Shown here: positions 1 to 9,198 of the stretch, one piece after another
How positions within the stretch are numbered: position 1 is the stretch's first letter
How the letters are laid out: each line of letters opens with the position of its first letter
From: Sedimentisphaerales bacterium
GTDB lineage: Bacteria > Planctomycetota > Phycisphaerae > Sedimentisphaerales > Anaerobacaceae
Direction: 5' to 3'
NCBI GenBank assembly: GCA_963708075.1
Contig: OY970194.1
Span: 3,808,001 to 3,872,000, forward strand
Length of the DNA stretch: 64,000 bases
Made by a program: the position numbers and the translations under genes
Notes under the pieces: model-generated
Told to the model about the DNA's origin: nothing
What the model saw: only the letters and a program-made list of their open reading frames with translations
Databases searched by the model: none

Positions 1-138
1 TACTGCGTTTGAGCAATTTCCCTAGTCCCGGCGAACCGAGAGCGGCGTATGCCTATGAAGTACTAATGAGATGTCATCTGGGGCTGGAGGCAGGTGCTCC
101 GAGCGCCGGAATGCGGTGTCTGAAAGGAGCAGTGGGAT

Positions 139-345
139 ATGAGGCTGTTGGATGTGAGCAGCATGGTAGTAATAGAAAGACCAACCACCGATTTTGAGCA
201 GCTCTGCCCGGAATGCGGAGCCGCTATGGTCGAGTTCGACAGACGAATGGAGGATGGGGCGGTGTTTATCTGGTATGCGTGTTCGAGGGAAGAATGTACG
301 GGACAGCGGCTGGCGAAAAAGGCTCCGCGCATGTGCGGTGTCTGA
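139..345 (+). CDS. Small putative zinc-ribbon protein (68 aa)
   Basis: AAAGGAG RBS at 123-129 before ATG 139; CPECG plus CSREEC cysteine pairs. Confidence 0.6.
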   Translation: MRLLDVSSMVVIERPTTDFEQLCPECGAAMVEFDRRMEDGAVFIWYACSREECTGQRLAKKAPRMCGV

Positions 346-362
346 AGACTTCGTTGCGTAGT

Positions 363-429
363 GTAGGGTGGGGCTTGGCCCACCGCTTCCTGTGGCATGA
401 GGTTCATGGTGGGGCAAGCCCCACCCTAC
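363..429. repeat. GTAG-family REP doublet (REPIN-like)
   Basis: GTAGGGTGGGGCTTGGCCCACC and its inverted copy GGTGGGGCAAGCCCCACCCTAC, each with an internal palindrome, between convergent genes. Confidence 0.85.
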
Positions 430-458
430 AACTCGCCGGCGAGCGTGCGGTGGCTCTC

Positions 459-1334
459 TTATCGTGTCAACAACGGCCTGGGGGGTGTTTCCCTGCTTAG
501 AGCAACAACGGCCAGTAACGCGAGAACGATCCCGATGGCCTCACGGCCGGCAATCCGCTCGTGGAGCAGCAACACCGCCAAGGGGATCGTGACTAAGGAG
601 TAGAGGCTGGTCATCGGTGTCACGATGGAGGCGCGCCCGCCCGTGCCATAGGCGATGATCAGCGCCAGATTGCCCAGGCCGTAGAACAGCCCCAGCAGAA
701 ACAGCAACAGCCAGGTCACGCCGGACAATTGCCACAGCAAGGGCTGAAACACCGGGATCAGCACGCCTACGGGAACAAAGCCCAGCAGGAAGGCGAACGT
801 GACCAGCTCATTGGAGGCATGGCACGTCGCCAGCTTCTGGAGAAAGCCGCTGACGCCCCAGAGGGCGATCGGGACCAGCGCCACCGCCAGCCAGGGAGAA
901 ATCCAGGCGGAGTCCTTGCCGACGCTGAGAAAGTACAGGGCCGCCAGCGAAGCTGCAATGCCGGCCCATTGGACAACGTTGAGCCGTTCCCGAAGCACCG
1001 CCATCGCCAGGATGATCGTCACCAGCGGATACAGCGAAGTGAGCGGAATCACCGCCGCGGCTTTGCCGCCTATCGCCAGGGCCTGATAGCAGGCTATGTT
1101 GCCTGCGCTGCTGATGATGCCGGCGGCGAACGCTTGAGCGAATCCACGCCGGATGTTCGGGCCGGACCCAAGCCGTCTCGACGCGACCATCACGGCCAGC
1201 ACCGGCAACAAGCCGATCGTGGACAGGCACTGCACCTGCCAGGGCGACAGCATCACAGACACCGGCTTGGAGACCACGCCCCAGCCGCCCCAAAGAAGCA
1301 TAGTGATCAGGCTGTAGAGAAACCAGCGGGGCAT
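459..1334 (-). CDS. EamA/DMT family transporter
   Basis: Two repeated hydrophobic halves (WG...GGKAAAVIPLTSLYP...LRERL and WG...GGRASIVTPMTSLYS...LHERI). Confidence 0.9.
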   Translation of the reverse strand: MPRWFLYSLITMLLWGGWGVVSKPVSVMLSPWQVQCLSTIGLLPVLAVMVASRRLGSGPNIRRGFAQAFAAGIISSAGNIACYQALAIGGKAAAVIPLTSLYPLVTIILAMAVLRERLNVVQWAGIAASLAALYFLSVGKDSAWISPWLAVALVPIALWGVSGFLQKLATCHASNELVTFAFLLGFVPVGVLIPVFQPLLWQLSGVTWLLLFLLGLFYGLGNLALIIAYGTGGRASIVTPMTSLYSLVTIPLAVLLLHERIAGREAIGIVLALLAVVALSRETPPRPLLTR

Positions 1335-1340
1335 GAATCT

Positions 1341-2450
1341 TTACTCCGTTCTCGTTCGATCGTGGATGCGGTGAGCGGCGACGGCCGGGCCTGCCTGCTC
1401 GAAGACCGGCGGTGCGAATGTGCTTTCGATGAGCCGGGCCTGCCCATCCCGTCCGGACGCCTGCGCCTGGAGCATGACCTCGAGCACATGCAACGCATGC
1501 TCCGGCGTCACGATGGGCGGGGTCTGTCTGTGGATGCATTCGATCAGATGGCGCAGGCCATCCGTCCACGGCCACTCGGGGTGCGTCTCCTTGAAGTACT
1601 GCCAGCAGCCTGCCGCGTTCTGCCAGATCTCGTAGCCATCCGGGTCCCAATCGTCGCCATGCAGATAGATCGTCCCCTCGGTGCCGAAGAGCTCCAGCCC
1701 CGGGCCGCGATATTGCTGAATCGTAAAGCCGGTCATCACCGTCGCAAAGCACGAGCCCCCAAAGTCGAGCAGGACCTGCGCGTTGTCCTCCGCCTCCACG
1801 CGAACCGCCTGCCCGTTGATCGTGCGTTGCGGCACGGCCACGCCGGTCATCGCCGTCACCCGCCGGACCGGGCCCAGCCAGCCGGTGAGCGTGGTCAGGG
1901 TGTACACGCCGAGGTCGAAGAGCGCCCCGCCACCGGCCTTGTAGAACCAATCCGTCCAGTCGGGCCCCGCCCAACCGTAACGACCGCGTGCGCTGACCAC
2001 CCGGCCGATATCGCCGCGGTGCAACCTGGCAGCAATGGTCTGGAAGGTGGGACTAAGAGTCGTAAACGGCGCACACGCCAGATACCTGCCGCTGGCTCGC
2101 GACAGAGCGACAAGCTCTCGCCCTTCCTCCAGATTCGTCGCCAGTGGTTTTTCCACCAGGACGTGCTTACCGGCCTCCAGGGCTGCCTTGGCCATCGACG
2201 CATGGGTGAGCATGGGCGTGAGAATGGCGACCGCATCGACATCGTCGCGCCGCAGCATCTGCTCATAATCGCGGTAGAAAGCGCGGACACCCAGCCGGCC
2301 GGCAATGTCGCGGTGCTTCTCACGGCCGCACAATGCAACCAGCTCAGCCAATCCTTCCTGGTAAAGCTGCTCGATCGCGGGCAGATAGGCACCGAGCACA
2401 TTGCCGCAGCCGACGATAGCGATTCGCACTGGAGAAGCGTCATGGATCAT
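1341..2450 (-). CDS. Gfo/Idh/MocA family oxidoreductase (no signal peptide)
   Basis: RIAIVGCG Rossmann motif, GKHVLVEKP, GGGALFDLGVY, EDNA. Confidence 0.92.
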   Translation of the reverse strand: MIHDASPVRIAIVGCGNVLGAYLPAIEQLYQEGLAELVALCGREKHRDIAGRLGVRAFYRDYEQMLRRDDVDAVAILTPMLTHASMAKAALEAGKHVLVEKPLATNLEEGRELVALSRASGRYLACAPFTTLSPTFQTIAARLHRGDIGRVVSARGRYGWAGPDWTDWFYKAGGGALFDLGVYTLTTLTGWLGPVRRVTAMTGVAVPQRTINGQAVRVEAEDNAQVLLDFGGSCFATVMTGFTIQQYRGPGLELFGTEGTIYLHGDDWDPDGYEIWQNAAGCWQYFKETHPEWPWTDGLRHLIECIHRQTPPIVTPEHALHVLEVMLQAQASGRDGQARLIESTFAPPVFEQAGPAVAAHRIHDRTRTE

Positions 2451-2551
2451 AAGCGATGCATTGGAGCATTTTCAGATTGCCGGTGCAAGGCGAAAAATGT
2501 AGGCTTGTGGCACGTCACGTTACTAAGGACTTGTGTTGCAGAGGATCGGAG

Positions 2552-3169
2552 ATGCGAATCTGCATCATGGCTGTTTCACTCATGGTCTTCCTTGGCGTGC
2601 TGTCGTGTGTTCCGCGGACGAACGACGATACGGGATTCATTCGGCTGCTCTCGGAAGACACTGTCAAGGACTGGCGTCAATGCGGCCCGGGCCACTTCAT
2701 CGTGAAGGACGGCGTCGCCACAAGCGAAGGCGGCATGGGATTGTGGTGGTATTCGGCCCGGCAGTTCGAGGACTTCATCCTTCGCGGCGAGTTCGTGCAG
2801 GAACAGGAGATCGCCGACTCGGGTGTGTTCCTCCGCTTCCCCGATCCGGGCAATGATCCGTGGGACGCCGTACACAAGGGCCACGAAATGGAGATCGGCG
2901 ATCCGGAGCCCAACGACCCGACTTGGCGCACGGGATCGATCTATCCCTTCTGTGCATCCGGCAAGGCGAACACGAGGCCCATCGGGCAGTGGAATCAGTA
3001 CGAAATTGTCTGCGTCGGCCACTTGTACACGGTCCAGATCAACGGCGAAGAAGTGCTCCGCTGGACCGACCCGAACCAGCGAACGCTCAAGGGCTACGTT
3101 GGCCTGCAGAACTATCCAGATAACAAGGCTGTACGGCACCGGAACCTACGAATCAAACCGCTGCCGTAG
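2552..3169 (+). CDS. DUF1080 (3-keto-disaccharide hydrolase-like) protein, possible lipoprotein
   Basis: FEDFILRGEF, DSGVFLR, TGSIY, GQWNQYEI, GYVGLQ, HRNLRIK motifs; hydrophobic N-terminus ending VLSC; ATG 2552 preferred over ORF-track start 2456. Confidence 0.88.
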   Translation: MRICIMAVSLMVFLGVLSCVPRTNDDTGFIRLLSEDTVKDWRQCGPGHFIVKDGVATSEGGMGLWWYSARQFEDFILRGEFVQEQEIADSGVFLRFPDPGNDPWDAVHKGHEMEIGDPEPNDPTWRTGSIYPFCASGKANTRPIGQWNQYEIVCVGHLYTVQINGEEVLRWTDPNQRTLKGYVGLQNYPDNKAVRHRNLRIKPLP

Positions 3170-3253
3170 AATCGTGCGGACAATCGCAAGGTCCTGAAAA
3201 TGGATATCGCAAGTGCCGGCCGGGTGGCATCGTCAAGGCCGAAGGCCTCGTTT

Positions 3254-3276
3254 GTAGTGACGCCGTAAGGCGTTTC
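3254..3276 (+). repeat. Single GTAG REP
   Basis: GTAGTGACGCCGTAAGGCGTTTC, 21/23 identical to the copy at 35673. Confidence 0.7.
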
Positions 3277-3288
3277 AGTAACATGGGC

Positions 3289-3369
3289 CGGGTGCCATGC
3301 TTACGCTTGCGTAAGCATGCCTTGCCCGTCGAATTGGGCATGGCTACGCAAGCGTAGCCATGGCACCCG
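3289..3369. repeat. Non-GTAG inverted palindrome doublet (REPIN-like)
   Basis: CGGGTGCCATGCTTACGCTTGCGTAAGCATG ... CATGGCTACGCAAGCGTAGCCATGGCACCCG; both arms are themselves palindromic. Confidence 0.8.
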
Positions 3370-3422
3370 CGCCGTGAGTTCGTCGGATAGGAAATTGAGC
3401 TAGTTCCTGGTGGAGAGAAGTC

Positions 3423-4649
3423 ATGCGAGAGATAGTGACGGCAAATATCGGCGGTCGAAATCTGCACATTGATGAGCTGGGCCGGAGGAGTTTTCTGAAA
3501 AAGGCGCTGGCGGCCGGATCGGGCCTGGCTACGGTGCCGGCGTGGCTGGCGGCGGCCGAAGCACAGATTCCTGCGGGCAAGAGGCTCCGTGTCGGGTACA
3601 TCGGCTGCGGCAGCGTCTCGCATGCCTACCTGCCGAGCTTGGCAGAGGCTGAGTTCATCGAGCTGGTCAGCGTCTGCGACATCATCGTCGAACGGGCACA
3701 GAAGGCGGCCGAGGAGCACAAGATCCCCAACGTCTTCCCGAACATCGACGCCATGCTCGGCGGGCCGAAGTTCGACCTGCTGGTCAACACGACCTCCATG
3801 CCCTCGCACGGCCCGGTGAACAAGAAGGCGCTGGAGGCCGGGTGCAACGTCTGGAGCGAAAAGCCGATGGCCCTGGAGGTCAAGAACGCCCGCGAGCTGC
3901 TCGACCTGGCGAAGAGGAAGGGCGTGCAAATCTGGGTAGCTCCGACTTGCGTCACCAGCCCGCAGTTTCGATTCATGTCCGACATGATCCAGAGCGGCAA
4001 GATCGGCCGGGCCACCGCCGGACACGGGACCTACGGCCACGGCGGGCCGACATGGTCGGCATGGTTCTACGAGAAAGGCGGCGGCAGCCTGTACGACCTG
4101 GGCGTGTACAACGTCACCACGCTGACGGGCCTGCTTGGGCCGGTGAAGGAGGTCGTGGGCATGACCGCGGTGATGAACAAGACCCGCAAGGTGGACGACA
4201 AGGGCGAGGTGACCGTGACAGCCGATGAGAATACGATGCTCATCATGCACCACGGCAACGGCGTGTTCTCACACGTGCAGACGGGCTTCGTCTATTTCGA
4301 GCCGGAAGCACCCAGCCGTGAGCGGAAGCTCTATACGATCGACATCACCGGCACCGACGGCTCGCTGCACGTGCAGGGCTGGGACTGGTCCCCCGCCGCC
4401 GTGGACGTAGCGACCCGGGGACATTCGATCCTGCAGCCGCAGTGCCGGGAGAAATGGCCCTACGAGTGGGTGGGCGGTGCCCGTTACGTGGCGAGTTGCC
4501 TGCTGACGGGACAGAAGAGCCTGATCACCGCCGAGCACGGCCTGCACGTGCTCGAAGTCATGAACGCCTGCCATGCATCGCAGGCAACAGGCCGGCGGAT
4601 CGCCGTCGAATCCACCTTCAAGTGGCCGATTTTCGGCTGGGATACATAG
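3423..4649 (+). CDS. Gfo/Idh/MocA oxidoreductase with Tat signal
   Basis: GRRSFLKK twin-arginine motif and AEA cleavage site; GYIGCG, EKP, GGGSLYDLGVY, DEN. Confidence 0.92.
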   Translation: MREIVTANIGGRNLHIDELGRRSFLKKALAAGSGLATVPAWLAAAEAQIPAGKRLRVGYIGCGSVSHAYLPSLAEAEFIELVSVCDIIVERAQKAAEEHKIPNVFPNIDAMLGGPKFDLLVNTTSMPSHGPVNKKALEAGCNVWSEKPMALEVKNARELLDLAKRKGVQIWVAPTCVTSPQFRFMSDMIQSGKIGRATAGHGTYGHGGPTWSAWFYEKGGGSLYDLGVYNVTTLTGLLGPVKEVVGMTAVMNKTRKVDDKGEVTVTADENTMLIMHHGNGVFSHVQTGFVYFEPEAPSRERKLYTIDITGTDGSLHVQGWDWSPAAVDVATRGHSILQPQCREKWPYEWVGGARYVASCLLTGQKSLITAEHGLHVLEVMNACHASQATGRRIAVESTFKWPIFGWDT

Positions 4650-4702
4650 GAACCACCCCGGTCAAAGTAGGTATGAGGTGTTTTGCATTCCAGACTTATG
4701 AC

Positions 4703-4739
4703 GGGTGGCAGCGGCAAACGCCGTTTGCCGCTGCCACCC
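4703..4739. repeat. Perfect 18-bp inverted repeat (hairpin)
   Basis: GGGTGGCAGCGGCAAACG-C-CGTTTGCCGCTGCCACCC in intergenic DNA; no U-tract. Confidence 0.85.
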
Positions 4740-4818
4740 ATGGTTCGCACATTGACAGGGTAGATACAGAGGAACACCAATGCTCTCAATCGCACATGAA
4801 GAAGTCGCGAGGTGAACG

Positions 4819-7800
4819 ATGAGACTGTGGATCGAATCGGTCAGGTCCCTGCTCCTGGCGGGAATCCTGGTGTCGGTGGACGTAGTCACCCCGCTGCTGC
4901 ACGCGGAGTCGAACTCGGTGACAATTCAGGCGGCGAAACCCGCGCCGGCGGACGAGACCCCGGGGCCCCAGCCGTACGAAATGGTTCGGGCCGGACGCAA
5001 GCCGCCGCATGTGCCCCTCGTCAATTTCGACTCGCTCGAAGGCTGGCAGGTCGAATGCGCGGAAGGAGCCGTTGCCGAACTCTTCGGTTCGCAAAAGCAA
5101 CGCGTTTGGGAATCGCCTGTCGCCCGGCTCGTCTATCGCGGCACATCCGACAAGAGCACGATCACGTTGCGTCCGCCCGTGCCGGTTCCCATCCCTGATG
5201 CTGTATCGGCGACGACACTCTGGGTTTATGGCAACAACTGGGCGTGGGCGCCGGAGCCGGGGACACCCCGCGTTACCATCTCGCTTCTGCTCCTGGACAA
5301 GGACAACGCCGCGCATACGCTTTCTCTCACGCAAGTCGCGTGGAAGGAATGGTGGCTTGTCCACAAGGTTTTGCCGAAAGACCTGCTCGAAAAAAGTCCG
5401 CTTCGTCTTGCGGGCCTGCGCATTGCAGGCGGCGCCAACAAGGAGGATCGGGAGCTGTTCGTCGAGGACCTGGTCTTCTTCAAGGAGGACCCTACTCCGT
5501 TGAGTTTCGGGGCCAGGCCCAGGCGAGGCATCGACCCGTTCCCGGGCCAATCGCCCGGCGCAAATACCGGATTGAGCCGATTGCCCTTTCCCACCCGTGA
5601 GGAAACCATCCTGCCCGAGAATCAGGCGACGGCTTTCAGCACGAAACTGGAGCAAGGGGGCGAGGTCTGGCGATTCACGTACCAGGATGCCGACACGCAG
5701 TTGCAGTACGAACTGAGAGCGGGCGAGGGATTCTGGGGTCCCGTGCTTGTCAAGCTGAACGGCGTTCAAGTAGCCAAGGCCATGGTGGACGCAGGAGTGA
5801 AGTTCGTCGCCGCAGCCCACCGATGTGCGGCTGATCGAGGTACAATCCGGTGACGACGGACTCAAAGCGTCGTGGGAGATGAAAGTGAACGGCACTGTGG
5901 CAGTCATTCGGTCCGCCGTGCGTCTGTGGCAGAAAAGCCTAGTGGTGGACTGCTTCTGTTCCGGTGGATTGGCTACGGAGCTTTCTTACGGCCGTATCGA
6001 GGATGCCAATCAGCCGGAACTACTGCTGCTGCCTTATCTGAACTACGGGGGCCATCATCTGAACGTGCTGATGTCGAAAGGCAAAGTCCCGTACTTTGCC
6101 TCAGTCTGGATGGACTGGTACCGCTCGAACGCCTCCGAGCCCTACGCGGTTGACACGATTGACGCGGGCAAGGTTCACCTGAACGGCGGCGTGAGGTACA
6201 TCCCGAAGACGGACGGGCAGCGCAACGACGTTTTTGAGCGATTCTTCGTGACGTTCTCGCCGGTATTCGAGGACACGCTGCCGACGATTGCCAACCCCCC
6301 GGCCAAACGCGGACTCGAGGCCGCCACGCGCCTGTGGCAGGAAAGCTGGGGCCCGGAGAATTACGATCGCGAGCATGAACGGTCGAAGAAGCTGCGCGCG
6401 TACGGCATTGAGATGCTGACCCAGTGCAACCACGAAATCACGTGGCGCGACAGCGGGGAGAGCTTCACGTTCCGCGAGGCCGCGGCGCCGGGCAAAGGCG
6501 GCGACGAGGCCCTCAAGCAGTACGTGGCGGCCCAGCGGTCGCTCGGCTGGCGGTCAGGCCTTTACACGAATTACACCGATTTCGCGCCGGTCAATGCGTA
6601 CTGGGACACGGATCACGTGATGCGCCGGCCCGACGGCAACCTGGTCACCGCCTGGGCCCGATGCTACTCCCCGAAGGCGCTGTTCGCCGTGGAGATGGAT
6701 CGCAAGCTCGCCCCGCTGATCCAGAGCAAGTTCGGCACGAACGCCGCATATACCGATGTTCACACATCTGTCAGCCCGTGGGACCGGACGGACTACGACG
6801 CGCGTGTGCCCGGCGCCGGAACCTTCGCGGCAACATTCTACGCCTACGGCGAACTGCTGCTGCACGACCAGGACGTGTACGACGGTCACTGCTGGTCCGA
6901 GGGCAACCATCAGTGGCTCTATGCGGGCCTGTGCGCGGGCAACTACGGCCTGACGTACAGCGGGCTGCGGCTCTGGGAGTATCCGTACCTGCCGCACTTC
7001 GACCTGCTCAAGATGCACCCGCTGACCGTCGATATCGGCGTGCCGTGGACGAGTCAGTTCTTCAACGGCAAAGAGGGCTGGCAAAAGCCCGAGAACATCG
7101 TCGCGAGCATCGACCAGTTCCTGGCGGCGACGATTGCATACGGCCACATCGGCTGGCTGGTCGAGGAAGCGCACGGCATGCGGCAGACCTGCCGGTCGTA
7201 CTACATGCTCCAGCCGCTTCAGATGCGCTACGCGATGCGTAAGCCCCTGGAAATCCGCTACGGCGCAGAGCGCGGCCTCATAAGCTCCTCCGAGGCATTC
7301 CAGAGTGGCCAGTGGCGAAAGTCGAAGCTGTACATCCATTATCCAAATGACTTGCGAGTGTGGGTCAACGGCAACGCGGGCGAATCGTGGCCGGTGGAGC
7401 ACGAGGGCGTCACGAACGACCTGCCACCGTTTGGCTGGCTCGCCATCGGCGCCGATGACTTCTACGAGTGTTCGCTGTCCGTCGACGGAAAGCGGTATGA
7501 TCGCGTCGGTTCGCCCGAGTGTATCTTCCTCGACGGCCGGGGTACATGGCGAGACTTCGATGGCATCGGCGCCTCCGGCAGCATCGCCGTCCGACGTGCG
7601 AAGGAGGGCAAGGGCCTTTCAATCACGACGATTGAAGCCGTGGACCGGCTCATGATCGCAAAGCCCGCAGGCGTCTTCGGCAGAGAAGACGTGCGATCAG
7701 CAATCGGAGCGATTGCGCAGGCGCAGGCAATCACCGCACGAGCACTGGACCAGAACGACAAAGACCTCGGCGAGGTGACCATCCGGCGCACCGAATCCGG

Positions 7801-7855
7801 ATGGGAGATTCAGCCGCCGAAATCTACAGTCCGGCTGGACATCACCGTAAAGTAG
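4819..7855 (+). CDS. Large secreted glycoside hydrolase-like protein (DUF5696/GH101-GH129-like TIM barrel), split by a frameshift near 5810
   Basis: ORFs 4819-5853 and 5825-7855 join into ~1011 aa with one base removed; signal peptide; YTDVHT and WSEG resemble catalytic segments; family call is tentative. Confidence 0.55.
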
Positions 7856-8996
7856 CACTATCCGGGAATTGCACGCGGTTCGGCAGGGAAAACAGCAGCG
7901 TGCCGAAGCCAGGATGGTCGGCTCCAAAGGCGGCGCCCTCCGGCCGAATCTTCTCGGCGGCCTGCTTCGTGTACGGCGAGGGGATACCCTTGCGTTTCTC
8001 GTAGTGATTCCAGACCATCTCGAAGATCGGTCGCAGGCGGCCGCGACCCTGCGTCGAGACAGCCTTGGCGTAGTATTTGCCGGTCGTGTCGCGATACGGC
8101 ACGAACGGGACATCGTGACCGAGGTTGTATTTCGCCGTGTACTCGAAACCCTTCCACAATCGGTTGTCGGCTGTGGCATACATGTCCAAGCCCTGATTCC
8201 AGCCGATCTCGCAGGCCTCGGCCAGATGGGCCAAGCCCAACTGTGTGTGCTGCTGGTCGCGGCCGCTCTCCTGGCACTGCCCCTGCTCGTTGATGATGTA
8301 ATGCGTCAGCGAGCCGTTGCCCGATCCATTGTGGAAATGATCCACGGCACGGTCGAAGAGTGCTTTATCATCGAGAAACACGCCGATGGCCATCATCGTC
8401 TTGATGCAGCCCGTCCCCCAGTTGCCGTTGGCGAACGTGGCGAAGTCCTTGATCACAGGATAGAAGACCTCTCTCAGCATGACCTCAAATCGTTCGATGT
8501 CCGCAGGCAGCCATCCATCGTACGAATATCGTATGATCTCCGCCGCGTTCACATACTTGAAACCGTACAGAGACGCCGCTAGCTCTTTGTCATGCCCGGT
8601 GATCTGCTTGAGCGAGCCGGACCAGGCGTTGAGGATTTCGATGGCCTTCCTGGCATGGGCGGCGTCACCCGTGATCGCCCACATCAGGGCGTTCTGATAG
8701 GCAGCGTTGCCGTCCTCCGCCAACTCTGTGTTGTGGAGGTGCTCACCGGTCCCCCTCGATACCTTCTCGAACGGCCCGCGCATACGCCAATCCGCCTGTG
8801 ACTGGTGATGGGCTCGGAGCTTCTCAAACCCGCTCTTCCACGGCTCGATGTCCTGCCGGACCATTCCCTTCATGCGATCCAGATCGGCCTGAGTATGCAG
8901 GATGCCCGGATGCTGAAAGACCCCTTGCGCCGTTGCCAACTGACTGATCCCCAGAACAACGGATACCGCCACGAAGGATGATTGATGATTGATCAT
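7842..8996 (-). CDS. Alginate lyase-like (alpha/alpha-toroid) secreted protein
   Basis: FQHPGILHT, ILNAW, NGNWG, GQCQESGRDQQHTQLG motifs; start uncertain (8996 or 9032) because the 5' end lies in a repeat. Confidence 0.8.
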   Translation of the reverse strand: MINHQSSFVAVSVVLGISQLATAQGVFQHPGILHTQADLDRMKGMVRQDIEPWKSGFEKLRAHHQSQADWRMRGPFEKVSRGTGEHLHNTELAEDGNAAYQNALMWAITGDAAHARKAIEILNAWSGSLKQITGHDKELAASLYGFKYVNAAEIIRYSYDGWLPADIERFEVMLREVFYPVIKDFATFANGNWGTGCIKTMMAIGVFLDDKALFDRAVDHFHNGSGNGSLTHYIINEQGQCQESGRDQQHTQLGLAHLAEACEIGWNQGLDMYATADNRLWKGFEYTAKYNLGHDVPFVPYRDTTGKYYAKAVSTQGRGRLRPIFEMVWNHYEKRKGIPSPYTKQAAEKIRPEGAAFGADHPGFGTLLFSLPNRVQFPDSATLR

Positions 8997-9062
8997 TGAT
9001 GATTTCACGAGGAGACTCGGCCTTTCTTTCAATAATCAATAATCCATTATCCTTAATCAATC
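8977..9062. repeat. Inverted heptamer-repeat element (TGATGAT / ATCAATA type), copy 1
   Basis: GATGATTGATGATTGATCATTGATGATTTCA-spacer-CTTTCAATAATCAATAATCCATTATCCTTAATC. Confidence 0.8.
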
Positions 9063-9080
9063 AAAGATTGCCCGGCGACA

Positions 9081-9109
9081 TTGCTTTGCCCACGGTCGTC
9101 TACTATAAT
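9081..9109 (+). promoter_or_regulatory. Putative sigma70 promoter
   Basis: TTGCTT-17 nt-TATAAT upstream of the gene at 9199. Confidence 0.6.
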
Positions 9110-9198
9110 GGCGTACAGAGGCCAAAGATCCAAAAACAAATCCGGCCCGCAACCGGCCGGAACCAATCCTCTTCGTGGTCTTGGAAGGAGAAGGTGAA

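Noticed and set aside
729..2705. 658-aa plus-strand ORF
   Set aside because: Antisense shadow of the EamA and oxidoreductase genes; no recognisable motifs; expected in high-GC DNA.
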